Shown here: positions 1-9,393 of the stretch, in pieces
How positions within the stretch are numbered: the stretch's first letter is position 1
Layout of the letters: the number at the start of each line of letters is the position of its first letter
Source of the DNA: Deltaproteobacteria bacterium
GTDB lineage: Bacteria; UBA10199; JADFYH01
Assembly (NCBI GenBank): GCA_015233135.1
Contig: JADFYH010000010.1
Location: 7,565-71,564, forward strand
Direction: 5' to 3'
DNA: 64,000 nucleotides
The notes under the pieces: generated by a model
What the model was told of the DNA's origin: nothing
Seen by the model: the letters and a program-made list of their open reading frames with translations, nothing else
Databases searched by the model: none
Program-made: the position numbers and the translations under genes

Positions 1-27
1 GAATGCAGGTTTGATGGATGGTACGCT

Positions 28-50
28 CCTCCCCTTAAGCTAAGGGGAGG
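28..50. repeat. GC-rich palindromic repeat, family A (cctcccctta-agc-taaggggagg)
   Basis: Perfect 10-bp stem with a 3-nt loop. Confidence 0.8.
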
Positions 51-102
51 TTGGGAGGGGTTATGTTTCAATTGGATGCCAATTGCCATAACTCCCCCTG
101 CC

Positions 103-121
103 CCCTCTTAGCTTAAGAGGG
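103..121. repeat. GC-rich palindromic repeat, family A (ccctctta-gct-taagaggg)
   Basis: Perfect 8-bp stem with a 3-nt loop. Confidence 0.75.
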
Positions 122-143
122 TGGAATTCTTTGGGGGACAAAA

Positions 144-1634
144 ATGTCAAATTTCTTTGAACAGCTGCGCGAATTTTTAACCTCTTTAACCCTGGTTCGA
201 AAAATTACTATCTTGGCTACCCTGATTGTTGCCATCTCGGCGATTAGTTACCTGGTGAGTTTGTCGGGAAAGGTGAGCTATGAACCCCTGTTTACTAACA
301 TGAATTCGGAAGACCTGGGTGCCATCGTCGCCCGTCTGGATAAACAGGGCACCGCTTATCAGGTGGATCAAACCCAGAGAACTGTCATGGTTCCTGGGGC
401 AGACGTTTTAAAAATCAGAATGAAAATGGCAGAAGAAGGCCTGCCGCGTTTTGGAGGAGTGGGTTTTGAGATTTTCGATAAGGCGGGTTTTGGAAAATCC
501 GATTTTGAACAACACATCAATTTTCAGCGGGCCCTTGAAGGAGAGCTGACGCGTACCATTTTAAGTTTGAGAGAAGTGGAAAAGGCCAGGGTGCATCTGG
601 TGCTTCCAGAGAAATCCATCTTTTCTCAAAGTCAGCAAGCGGCTTCTGCTTCGGTTATTTTGAAATTGGGAAGAAGTGGTGCCCTTCCAGAAAACACGGT
701 TCAATCCATTACTCATTTGGTGGCCAGCGCGGTTGAAGGCCTGGATTCCTCAAATGTGACTGTTGTCGATAGTGAAGGTCGCCTGCTTTCTTCTCCCGCA
801 GGAGATGCCAGCAGTGTCGCGGGAGGACAGGCCTACAATCAGAAAAATCAAATCGAAAAGAATTTGGAACATCGAATTGTCGATCTTCTCTCTCCTGTCG
901 TTGGAGTGGGTAAAGTCATGGCACGCGTTACAGCGGACATCGACTTTACTCGCTCTGAAACGACCGAGGAAACTGTGGATCCAAACCGAACCGCGGTGTT
1001 GCAGGAGTCAAAAACCAAAAATAAGAAGAGTGAAGCGGACAATGCCAATAGTGCAGCAGGGAGTGGAAATGCGAATGGTGCAAATTCTCAGGCCGATGAG
1101 AACGTAGAACAGACCAGTTACGAAGTGAGTAAAACGGTGAAGAAACTCATCACACCTATTGGGGCGATCAAGAGTCTTTCCGTGGCGATCCTGGTCGATG
1201 GAAATTATGTCGCCGATAAGGCAGGCAAGAAACAATACACGCCTCGTGCGGCTGAAGAATTGACCCGCATCGATGAACTGGTGAAGGGCGCCATCGGCTT
1301 TACTCAGGCACGCGGAGATCAGGTGAAAATTACCAATCTTGCCTTCCAGGCTGTAGATGCGCAACTCGATGCGAGCAGCGAAGCCTGGTACAAACAAAAG
1401 AATAGCAATGGCTTTATTATATCGGTGATTGCCAATGTGTTGATTGTAGTAGCGCTGCTGTTGGTCTTCTTGCTGGTGGTCCGGCCTTTAATTGCCAGCT
1501 GGAATGGGGCCTCTCAAAGGATTTTAGGGCCCCGGGCAAAAAGGGCCGCACTGCAATCGGGTTCTGATGTGAATCAACTGGTCCGTGTCAATCCTGTGGC
1601 TGCGACAGCGGCTATTCGGAAATGGTTAGAATAG
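144..1634 (+). CDS. fliF: flagellar M-ring protein FliF
   Basis: 496-aa ORF with ATG at 144 and a GGGGGA RBS. N- and C-terminal TM segments (ILATLIVAISAISYLV; FIISVIANVLIVVALLLVFLLVV) flank a large periplasmic FliF/YscJ-like region. It heads a fliF-G-H-I-J gene order. Confidence 0.9.
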   Translation: MSNFFEQLREFLTSLTLVRKITILATLIVAISAISYLVSLSGKVSYEPLFTNMNSEDLGAIVARLDKQGTAYQVDQTQRTVMVPGADVLKIRMKMAEEGLPRFGGVGFEIFDKAGFGKSDFEQHINFQRALEGELTRTILSLREVEKARVHLVLPEKSIFSQSQQAASASVILKLGRSGALPENTVQSITHLVASAVEGLDSSNVTVVDSEGRLLSSPAGDASSVAGGQAYNQKNQIEKNLEHRIVDLLSPVVGVGKVMARVTADIDFTRSETTEETVDPNRTAVLQESKTKNKKSEADNANSAAGSGNANGANSQADENVEQTSYEVSKTVKKLITPIGAIKSLSVAILVDGNYVADKAGKKQYTPRAAEELTRIDELVKGAIGFTQARGDQVKITNLAFQAVDAQLDASSEAWYKQKNSNGFIISVIANVLIVVALLLVFLLVVRPLIASWNGASQRILGPRAKRAALQSGSDVNQLVRVNPVAATAAIRKWLE

Positions 1635-1647
1635 GGATGGATATACT

Positions 1648-2712
1648 ATGGCAAATTTAGCGACAGCGACTCCGGCTCCCGCGAGTACTATTAAGAATCA
1701 CGAAAAGGCAGCCCTGCTGGTTTTGTCCATGGGTGAAGAGGCCGCGGGGAGTTTGATGAAGGAACTCTCCGATGAGGATATCCGAAAAATAGGCAATGCC
1801 TTGCTGGGAATTCAAAATGTTCCTTCCAATCTCATTCAACAAGTACTGGATGAATTCTCGGATGGTGTCGACTCCTCCGACGATGCCTCCGAGGTCCTCA
1901 ACATTGACGGCAAACATGCCCTGGAGAAAATGCTTCATCAAACCCTGCCTCCCGAGCGCAGTGGGAGTCTGTTAGGCGCCTTTTTTACTCCTGCATCGGA
2001 AGAAGAAAAAACGGGTTTAAAAAAGTTGATCAACGAATTTTCATTTGAGGCTCTTCTCGAGGCTGTGAAGGAGGAACATCCTCAAGTGATTGCCCTCATC
2101 ATGAATTATTCGAAGCGTTCGGTGGCAAAGAAGGTTTTGGCAGAGTTGGAGGGAAGCATTCAAATCGAGGTCTATATCCGAATGGCCCAGCTGGAGAAGA
2201 TTTCTTCGAAGGCTGTGGAGGATATCAAAGTTTTGCTCAGGGAGAAGAAGCCTCTTTCAGCCGAGGGGGAAAAAGAAAAAACGGAAGAGGAGATTAATTT
2301 AAGCGGATTGCAAGATACGATCCTCCTTCTCAAAACTTTAAAGGAGGAAAAATCCACTCAAATTCTGGAAGAGATTTCAAAAAAAGATGCTTACTTGGGT
2401 CTCGCGATTAATAAAAAAATGTTTACGCTGGAAGACCTGGAAAGGTCTGATGACGCGGGTATTCGGGAGTTGTTGAAGACGGTGAAAATGGATGACCTCA
2501 AAGTGGCTTTAAAAGATGCCCCAGAAGCCCTCAAAAATAAAATTTTTAGCAATATGTCTCAGAAGGCCTCAACGATCTTAAAGGAAGACATGGACGTTAT
2601 GCCTCCCCAAAAAGTGGAGGCCATTGAAAGCGCCCAGGAAACGGTTTTGAAAGAGGCCAAGGAACTCATCAAGCAGGAAAAAATGAGTCTAACCCCCATC
2701 AAGGAAGATTAG
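1648..2712 (+). CDS. fliG: flagellar motor switch protein FliG
   Basis: 354 aa with FliG-type middle and C-terminal regions (EEHPQVIALIMNY; IFSNMSQKASTILKEDMD). Lies immediately after fliF. Confidence 0.9.
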   Translation: MANLATATPAPASTIKNHEKAALLVLSMGEEAAGSLMKELSDEDIRKIGNALLGIQNVPSNLIQQVLDEFSDGVDSSDDASEVLNIDGKHALEKMLHQTLPPERSGSLLGAFFTPASEEEKTGLKKLINEFSFEALLEAVKEEHPQVIALIMNYSKRSVAKKVLAELEGSIQIEVYIRMAQLEKISSKAVEDIKVLLREKKPLSAEGEKEKTEEEINLSGLQDTILLLKTLKEEKSTQILEEISKKDAYLGLAINKKMFTLEDLERSDDAGIRELLKTVKMDDLKVALKDAPEALKNKIFSNMSQKASTILKEDMDVMPPQKVEAIESAQETVLKEAKELIKQEKMSLTPIKED

Positions 2713-2715
2713 GAT

Positions 2716-3372
2716 ATGGATTTCATTAATCAGGGATTGGAAGTTCCGAAAAAACCTTCTCTTTCAAGTCTGGGGGATTCCTATCAGGAGATTTCCCTGC
2801 AGGAGATGCTTTACCAACAGCAGAGCTTGAATTCTTCGGAACTTAAAGAGGGAGAGCGGAGACTCGTTTTTGGAAAAAAAGATCCACTGGAAAAAGAAAG
2901 GGAGTCTTTGGAGCAGGCAAAAAAACTTTTGGAGGAAGAAAAAAATCTGCTGCATGAGAAGCTTCAGTCCTTTGAAAAAATGCTTCAAGCACAAAAGGGG
3001 CAGATGGAAGAATGGAAACAGGAAGCGGTTCAGCATTTTTCGGAAGTAGTTTTTAAAATAGCAGAGGCGGTGCTGAGAGAAGAATTACAATTAAAGCCGG
3101 AACGCTTGAAAGACTTGATACTGAATCTGGTTCAAAAAACTCACGGAGAGAGTGAAAAAAAATTGCTGCTTCATCCGAACAATCTGCAGTGGATGAAGGA
3201 AAAATTCCCTGATTTTGTTTTGGAGCTCGAAAGCAAGTATCAGATCGTCGTGAAAGAAGAAGAGAGTGTGCAAGAGAATTCATTTATTTTTGAAACTTCT
3301 CTGCACCAATATCAGGAAAATCCCTTTCTGAATATAGAATGGCTCAAAAAGGAGCTCTACCACAACTCATGA
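2716..3372 (+). CDS. fliH: flagellar assembly protein FliH (export ATPase regulator)
   Basis: 218 aa with an E/K-rich coiled coil and a C-terminal FliH/YscL-like region. Lies between fliG and fliI, and its stop overlaps the fliI ATG (ATGA). Sequence similarity is weak, so the call rests mainly on position. Confidence 0.6.
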   Translation: MDFINQGLEVPKKPSLSSLGDSYQEISLQEMLYQQQSLNSSELKEGERRLVFGKKDPLEKERESLEQAKKLLEEEKNLLHEKLQSFEKMLQAQKGQMEEWKQEAVQHFSEVVFKIAEAVLREELQLKPERLKDLILNLVQKTHGESEKKLLLHPNNLQWMKEKFPDFVLELESKYQIVVKEEESVQENSFIFETSLHQYQENPFLNIEWLKKELYHNS

Positions 3373-4694
3373 TTCAAAGTCCTTTTGAACAATTAGAGGT
3401 GCGCCTGGCTCAAATGCCAGAAACTTTTGTGGCCGGCAAAGTCACACAAGTGCTGGGTTTGATTATCGAGGGTTCCCTAATGGATGTGCCGGTGGGCGCT
3501 GCCTGTGAAATTCAATCGCACGAGGGGAAATCGATTCTTGCAGAGGTGATTGGTCTCAAAGGGAATCATGCCGTGTTGATGCCGATTGGCTCTACGAGTG
3601 GAATTAAAATTGGGGATGCGATTGTCCCTTTAAATTCGGAAGCCACCGTGCAGGTTTCGGAGGAATTGTTGGGAAGGGTGCTGGATGGTTGCGGTTATCC
3701 GATGGATGGGAAAGGGCCTATTTTAAGTACGGTTTCCTTACCTCTTTACAAGGCGCCCTTTTCGCCGGTGAATCGTCAGATCGTGCACGAACCTTTGAGT
3801 TTGGGAATAAAGGCCATCGATGCCTTTTTGACCTGTGGTGTGGGAATGCGCATGATGGTGATGGCAGGCTCCGGTGTTGGAAAAAGTACCCTCATGGGGA
3901 TGATGGCACGGAGCGCACAGGCGGATGTCAATGTCATTGGACTCATTGGAGAACGCGGAAGAGAAGTGCGGGAATTTCTGGAAGAAAGTCTGGGAGAAGC
4001 CGGCCTCGCCCGTTCGGTGGTGGTAATTGCCACTTCAGATGCCCCTCCTCTTGTCCGAATGAGAGCGGCCTTTGTGGCCACAACCATCGCAGAGTTTTTT
4101 CGCGACAAAGGCAAAAAAGTTTTACTCATGATGGATTCTCTCACCCGTTTTGCAATGGCCTCTCGTGAAGTGGGCCTTGCCCTGGGTGAGCCTCCCACCG
4201 TGAAGGGTTATACCCCCTCGCTTTTTAGTACCTTACCCAAACTTTTGGAACGGGTGGGAACCACCCAGGGAAGAGGCAGCATTACCGGATTGTACACCAT
4301 CTTGACGGAGGCCGATGATATTCAGGATCCCGTGGCCGATTCCGTACGCTCGATTGTGGATGGGCATATTGTGCTTTCCCGAAAGCTTGCGACCCAGGGA
4401 TTTTATCCGCCCATCGATATCCTGCAAAGTCTCTCTCGTGTCATGACGCATGTGACCAGTGCGGAGCATCAAAAGCAAACGATTCAAATCCGACGCTACG
4501 TCGCCTTTTATGAAGAGATGGCCGATTACATCAAAATGGGAGTTTATAGTGCCGGTAAAAATGCAGAAATAGACAAGGCCATCCAAAAAAATGACCAGAT
4601 TCGAAATTTCCTGGAACAAAATGTATCCGAAGACGCACCTTATGAGAAGACCCTGCAGTGGTTAAAAGAACTGGCTTGGGAAGGTGCCGCATGA
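3369..4694 (+). CDS. fliI: flagellum-specific ATPase FliI
   Basis: Walker A GSGVGKST and Walker B KVLLMMDSLTR of the T3SS/F1-type ATPase family. I prefer ATG 3369 (ATGA overlap with the fliH stop) over the ORF-track start at 3339. Confidence 0.93.
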   Translation: MIQSPFEQLEVRLAQMPETFVAGKVTQVLGLIIEGSLMDVPVGAACEIQSHEGKSILAEVIGLKGNHAVLMPIGSTSGIKIGDAIVPLNSEATVQVSEELLGRVLDGCGYPMDGKGPILSTVSLPLYKAPFSPVNRQIVHEPLSLGIKAIDAFLTCGVGMRMMVMAGSGVGKSTLMGMMARSAQADVNVIGLIGERGREVREFLEESLGEAGLARSVVVIATSDAPPLVRMRAAFVATTIAEFFRDKGKKVLLMMDSLTRFAMASREVGLALGEPPTVKGYTPSLFSTLPKLLERVGTTQGRGSITGLYTILTEADDIQDPVADSVRSIVDGHIVLSRKLATQGFYPPIDILQSLSRVMTHVTSAEHQKQTIQIRRYVAFYEEMADYIKMGVYSAGKNAEIDKAIQKNDQIRNFLEQNVSEDAPYEKTLQWLKELAWEGAA

Positions 4695-5161
4695 AAAAAT
4701 TTAAATTCAGACTCGAGTCTCTTTTTCGCTATCGCAGCGAAATAGAAAAACAGGCTCAACTGGAGCTTGCCCAGTTGCGTGAGGTGGAAGCAGGAATGAA
4801 GACCCAAATTGAAGAGATTAAACAGAATCAAAAAACCTGGGCACGGCGGTATAACGAGTGTGGCACGAGTGTCGAAGAACAAAGATGGAGTTTATGGATT
4901 GAACCCTATCTGGTTTCCCTGGAGCAGACCCGGATGGCTACAGAAGAGGCCTTGTGCAGACATCAGGTAAAGGTTTTTAAATGTTTGAAAAAAACCGAAG
5001 ACGCCTATCGAGCCAAGCGACAAGTTGAAATTTTGAAGGAACGCGATCATCAAAAATATCTTCAGGAGATGAATCGTCTGGAACAAAAAGAGATCGGAGA
5101 GATCTCGACAATTCGTTTTATTCGACAACGGGACGAATGGAGGGAAAAAAATGCAGATTAA
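4691..5161 (+). CDS. fliJ: flagellar export chaperone FliJ
   Basis: 156-aa coiled-coil protein with a typical N-terminus (MKKFKFRLESLFRYR). ATG 4691 overlaps the fliI stop (ATGA). The ORF-track start at 4658 is an upstream extension. Confidence 0.65.
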   Translation: MKKFKFRLESLFRYRSEIEKQAQLELAQLREVEAGMKTQIEEIKQNQKTWARRYNECGTSVEEQRWSLWIEPYLVSLEQTRMATEEALCRHQVKVFKCLKKTEDAYRAKRQVEILKERDHQKYLQEMNRLEQKEIGEISTIRFIRQRDEWREKNAD

Positions 5162-5699
5162 AATCTTATTACTCTTAGGGCTTCTCTTGATACCCAAACC
5201 CGGTTTCGCAAGCCCCATCCCCGAATCGATGCCTTATCCCATTGATTTGAGTTTTCTTTTTGAGAACACACAAAACAATCCCGCTAAAACCTCTTTGGTG
5301 AATGACGGAGGTGCGGCCTTGATTGATTTGGATCGAGAGAAGGAAAGATTTTCCCGTGAGGTAAAAACCGGGCAAGATTTTACCAGCATCAGAAAAGAGT
5401 TGAGCGACAGGCTTTTGGAGTTGGGAAAAATGCGAGAAGAATTGTCAAAGGAAGTTAAAAAGAAAACAGATACCAACGACAGTTTGAGCCTTTTGGTAAA
5501 ACTTTATGAGACCATGAGCCCCGATAAAGTGGCATCACTTTTGAAACAAATGCCATTGAACGTCTCTTTGGAAATGATTCGTCGCATGAAGCCAAAAATT
5601 TCAAGTCAGGTGCTGGCGGCCATGGATGAACACTATGCCAGTGAAATTGGAAGACGTTTGCTTCAGTCCGCGAATGCAGCGAATCCGGCAAAGCCATAA
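5151..5699 (+). CDS. YlxF/MotE/FlbB-like flagellar protein (MgtE_N-like domain)
   Basis: 182 aa with a signal-like N-terminus, a coiled coil and a C-terminal MgtE_N-like segment (MSPDKVASLLKQMPLNVSLEMIRRM). It occupies the slot of B. subtilis ylxF between fliJ and fliK. Confidence 0.5.
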   Translation: MQIKILLLLGLLLIPKPGFASPIPESMPYPIDLSFLFENTQNNPAKTSLVNDGGAALIDLDREKERFSREVKTGQDFTSIRKELSDRLLELGKMREELSKEVKKKTDTNDSLSLLVKLYETMSPDKVASLLKQMPLNVSLEMIRRMKPKISSQVLAAMDEHYASEIGRRLLQSANAANPAKP

Positions 5700-5708
5700 A
5701 GGAGTAGT

Positions 5709-7271
5709 ATGAATAATTTAGATCAGATTTTGGGCTTGGGAAGCAGTAATCCTCCTCTTTCTAAATCGGAGAGTGTGCGGTCGACGGCGGAAGATCAACC
5801 CGATAGTTTTGAGGGTGTTTTGAATTCACAATGCGATGAACAAAAGAGCGTTGCCAAGACAAATGTTGCCAAGACGAATAATGAAGGCAAGAAAAGTGAT
5901 TCAGTGAACGCTTCGGCGAAAGACAAGAAACAAACAGAAGAGAGTGAGAGTGCTGTTTCCTCTTCTGCGCAGAAAGATACAAAAGCTCAAGGGAACAAGA
6001 CGCAAGAAAAAAAAGAAGAAGACAAAAGTGGAGATCAAAAGTCAGACAAGGTTGAAGCGGTTAACCCAAAAGAAGTTCAAAAAGCTGAAGCGCAAGGCGC
6101 GTCAGCTCTTCAGCCCGATCCAGGCTATTTGGCCCTTTTTGTACAAGAGCTGCTTCAATCTAAAACTCAAATGGCTCCTCTGGACACAAAAACTCCGGTT
6201 CTTCCTGGAGAAAAAACAGCCTCTGAAAAGACGGATGTTAAAACCCAGACCGGTCAGCCGACAGCTCAGATAGAAGCGGAAAAATTGGCGCCAACGCTTG
6301 CCCCAGTCCTGCCACTTCAGACCGCGGCAGATTTGTCAGCGCAGAAAATGAGTGCTCCAAGCCCTTTTTCTCAGGCACTAAAAGATTCGCAAAAAACAAA
6401 ATCAGCTGTCGAGGAAGAAGTTTTAGCAAAATTACAATTGCAGCTGGGCCAGGTGAAAGCGCCCGCTTTGGCTGCCTTGGAAAAAGCAAAAGAAGTTTCT
6501 TCCCACTTGTTGCAAGAAATCAAGCCACAGCAAAATCAAAAAGTGGCAGCGGCTGTTTTAGAAAAGAAAGCGGCTGCGCTGGCAGAACTGAGCCAGGTGA
6601 ATCCATTGGATAAGGCAAATCCGGCCCTGAAAGAGATGCTTGCGAAATTGGAAGATTCTACTTTATCCGAGGACAATTTTTCTGTCGATCTAAGCAAGGC
6701 CGCACAAAATTTAAATTTGGACGTCGATAAGATAACGCTCTCTCAATCTTTGGCCCAAACTCCTGCTAAAGAAACTTTGGCAGGGCCTGCTGCACTGGGT
6801 GGCCCTGTTGCCAGCGATGCCCTTGCAAAAAATCAGGCGCCCATTCTTTTTAAACCCGAAGACATAAGTTCCATCCACCGTCAGCTGGTAGACAGTTTTC
6901 AAGTAACTGTGAAAGCGAAAGAAGGTCGGGCTGAACTTCAACTGACCCCACCCGACTGGGGAAGAATCAATATTCAAATGAATGTGGAAAATAAGAACGA
7001 CTTGAAAGTTCACCTGATTGTAGAAAATCCAAATGTTCGCCAATTATTGGAACAAAATTCGGTCGAACTGAAACAGGCCATGGCTTCAAGTGGTCTGGGC
7101 TTTGCCAATATTAATGTAGGGGTAGGAAGTGAATCTTCTTCTACCTGGAAGAATAGAGAGGAAGGGTCTGTGTCAGACCCTTCCTTCAAAATTTTGAAAA
7201 AACAGGTTTCAGCACCCACGGCCTATCGCTGGATTAATTCTCAGGCGTCTGGGGTGGATCAAATCGTTTAA
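5709..7271 (+). CDS. fliK: flagellar hook-length control protein FliK
   Basis: 520 aa. A long low-complexity K/E/A/Q-rich ruler is followed by a C-terminal FliK domain (RAELQLTPPDWGRINIQMNVENKNDLKVHLIVENPNVRQLLEQN). Precedes flgD-flgE. Confidence 0.75.
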   Translation: MNNLDQILGLGSSNPPLSKSESVRSTAEDQPDSFEGVLNSQCDEQKSVAKTNVAKTNNEGKKSDSVNASAKDKKQTEESESAVSSSAQKDTKAQGNKTQEKKEEDKSGDQKSDKVEAVNPKEVQKAEAQGASALQPDPGYLALFVQELLQSKTQMAPLDTKTPVLPGEKTASEKTDVKTQTGQPTAQIEAEKLAPTLAPVLPLQTAADLSAQKMSAPSPFSQALKDSQKTKSAVEEEVLAKLQLQLGQVKAPALAALEKAKEVSSHLLQEIKPQQNQKVAAAVLEKKAAALAELSQVNPLDKANPALKEMLAKLEDSTLSEDNFSVDLSKAAQNLNLDVDKITLSQSLAQTPAKETLAGPAALGGPVASDALAKNQAPILFKPEDISSIHRQLVDSFQVTVKAKEGRAELQLTPPDWGRINIQMNVENKNDLKVHLIVENPNVRQLLEQNSVELKQAMASSGLGFANINVGVGSESSSTWKNREEGSVSDPSFKILKKQVSAPTAYRWINSQASGVDQIV

Positions 7272-7274
7272 AGG

Positions 7275-7348
7275 CAGTTACTAGTTATCAGTTGTGAGTT
7301 GGCAGCTAAAATACTGCTAACTGCTAACTGCTGACTGATAACTTAAAC
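7275..7348. repeat. two inverted arrays of five degenerate heptamers (NAGTTNN x5 / CTGMTRA x5)
   Basis: cagttac tagttat cagttgt gagttgg cagctaa ... ctgctaa ctgctaa ctgctga ctgataa cttaaac. The perfect 10-bp core agttatcagt (7283-7292) pairs with actgataact (7334-7343). Confidence 0.7.
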
Positions 7349-7351
7349 ATT

Positions 7352-8032
7352 ATGTCACAAGATATCTCTTCAATATTAGGAAGTACTTCAGGGGCAGCGA
7401 GCACCGCAGTTGCTGCTGCGGCTACCGACCGGACAAGCTTGAATAAGAATCAGTTTTTGAATCTGCTTCTGGCTCAACTCAAAAACCAGGATCCTCTTAA
7501 TCCCTCGGCAGACCCCAATCAGTTTACCCAACAAATGACCCAATTTGGTCAGCTGGAACAATTGTTCAATGTGAATGACACCCTCAAAACCATGGGAACG
7601 AATCAATCGAATATAGCCAGTTCCGATGCAGTCAACATGATTGGCAAAAGAATAGAGGCAAAGAGCAATCTAATCGAGGTGCAAAGCGGTGTCAGTAGTC
7701 AAATTGGAATTTCTCTTCCGCAGCCGGCGGCCTCGGTCAAGGTGGATGTAGTTGATACCTTGGGGAGAGTGGTGAGAACCGTCAATTACAGCAACCAAAG
7801 CGCGGGGTCTGCCTACTACGATTTCGACGGGAAAGACAGTACGGGTGCAGGTCTTTCGGGGGTGTATACCCTGCAAATCAGTGCTCAAAGTGCCAATGGA
7901 ACCACTATTCCAGCTCAAGGTATTCTGCAGAGTACAGTCGGTGGAGTAGATTACACTTCGGGGACTCCCATGCTTCGTGTGGGAAATAGAACTATCAATA
8001 TAGGAGATGTGCTTTCAATTAACCAAGCTTAG
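7352..8032 (+). CDS. flgD: flagellar hook capping/assembly protein FlgD
   Basis: Carries the signature NQFLNLLLAQLKNQDPLNP and an Ig-like C-terminal half. Confidence 0.9.
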   Translation: MSQDISSILGSTSGAASTAVAAAATDRTSLNKNQFLNLLLAQLKNQDPLNPSADPNQFTQQMTQFGQLEQLFNVNDTLKTMGTNQSNIASSDAVNMIGKRIEAKSNLIEVQSGVSSQIGISLPQPAASVKVDVVDTLGRVVRTVNYSNQSAGSAYYDFDGKDSTGAGLSGVYTLQISAQSANGTTIPAQGILQSTVGGVDYTSGTPMLRVGNRTINIGDVLSINQA

Positions 8033-8058
8033 AATTTAACACGCGATCAGTAATGGGT

Positions 8059-8097
8059 TCTGCGTGAATTCGCAGACACATCACACATCACGATGAG
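8059..8097 (+). repeat. 6-bp hairpin (tctgcg-tgaatt-cgcaga) followed by CACATCA heptamers
   Basis: Stem 8059-8064 pairs with 8071-8076. cacatca cacatca cgatgag runs from 8077 into the flgE RBS. Confidence 0.6.
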
Positions 8098-8109
8098 GAG
8101 GATTATTTT

Positions 8110-9381
8110 ATGAGTCTTTTTAATGGTCTTTTTGCCGGTGTAAACGGTATCAATGCCAATGGTGTCGCCATTTCTACCCTGGGTGACAATATTGCCAACG
8201 TCAACACAGTAGGATACAAATCGTCTCGTGCCAGCTTTGAGGACATCCTGGCAGGGAGTCAAGGGGGTTTAGGTTCCCGGGTTGCCGGTGTAAATCAGCA
8301 ATTCGGTCAGGGAGGATTTGAATCTACAAGCTCTACGACGGATCTGGCTATTGATGGGAGCGGATTTTTCGTGGTGAAGAATGCCACCGATGGTTCTACT
8401 TATTACAGCCGAGCCGGCCAGTTTAACGTCAACAGTGATGGTTATCTGGTGAATCCCAATGGGGAGCGTCTGCAGGGTTATCTGACGAATTCCAGCAATG
8501 CAATAACGGCGCAAGTGGGGGATATTCAAGTGGCAACCACCCCCGTTCCACCGAGCAAGACAGCCTCAGTGACTGTAGTTTCCAATTTAAGTTCCAATGA
8601 TGCCGCCGCTGCTACTTTTGATCCTTTGAACCCTACTGCGACTTCCAATTTTTCGACGGGGGTCACGGTGTACGATTCTTTGGGCAATTCGCGCCTGGTA
8701 TCGGTTTATTTCCGTAAGGCTTCCACCAATAATTGGGAATGGTATGCCTTGGCGGATGGAGGAGACCTGACATCGGGTACCCCAGGGGTCAATCAGATCG
8801 GAGAACATGGCACCCTGGTTTATGGGACCTCCGGGGCCTTGAGTACCACCACTTTTGTGACGGGTTCCAGTTCACAATTTAACTTTTTGGGGGCGACTCA
8901 AAACCAGGTTATCAATTTTAATTTTGGAAGCAGTACAAGTACAGGGGGGACTGGGCTCGATGGAGTGACACAGTTTGGATCTTCTTCTGTTTTAACTAAT
9001 CTGACCCAAGATGGTTATGCCTCAGGCTCTCTCAAGAGTATCGACATTACGAAGGATGGAACCATTACCGGAACCTTTACCAACGGGGCCTCTCACACCC
9101 TGGCGCAGGTTGCGACGGCTACCTTTGGGAATGAAGAAGGATTAAAAAGGGTGGGAAGCAATAACTTCCAGGCAACTTCTGATTCGGGTGCGGCCATTGT
9201 CAATGCCCCCGCGGCGGGAGGTAGAGGAGGCATCGTCTCTTCCAGTTTGGAGCAATCCAATGTGGATATTGCTTCCGAGTTGATCAAAATGGTTGTCTTT
9301 CAAAGAGGTTTTTCGGCAAACTCCAGAACCATCAGTGCCATCAATGAAATGTTAGGAGAATTGGTGCAGTTGGGTAGGTAA
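8110..9381 (+). CDS. flgE: flagellar hook protein FlgE
   Basis: Has the N-terminal rod/hook motif (LGDNIANVNTVGYK) and the C-terminal motif (LEQSNVDIASELIKMVVFQRGFSANSRTI). A GAGGAGG RBS lies upstream. Confidence 0.9.
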   Translation: MSLFNGLFAGVNGINANGVAISTLGDNIANVNTVGYKSSRASFEDILAGSQGGLGSRVAGVNQQFGQGGFESTSSTTDLAIDGSGFFVVKNATDGSTYYSRAGQFNVNSDGYLVNPNGERLQGYLTNSSNAITAQVGDIQVATTPVPPSKTASVTVVSNLSSNDAAAATFDPLNPTATSNFSTGVTVYDSLGNSRLVSVYFRKASTNNWEWYALADGGDLTSGTPGVNQIGEHGTLVYGTSGALSTTTFVTGSSSQFNFLGATQNQVINFNFGSSTSTGGTGLDGVTQFGSSSVLTNLTQDGYASGSLKSIDITKDGTITGTFTNGASHTLAQVATATFGNEEGLKRVGSNNFQATSDSGAAIVNAPAAGGRGGIVSSSLEQSNVDIASELIKMVVFQRGFSANSRTISAINEMLGELVQLGR

Positions 9382-9393
9382 GTGGGTAGGAAG

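Noticed and set aside
73-87. Sigma-54-like TGGATGCCAATTGCC upstream of fliF
   Set aside because: The GG and GC are separated by 9 nt, not the required 10, so the -24/-12 phasing is wrong. It is probably part of a caattg-type palindrome.
5850-5879. 15-bp x2 tandem repeat (VAKTN VAKTN) in fliK
   Set aside because: This is an ordinary low-complexity expansion within the FliK ruler region and has no independent significance.
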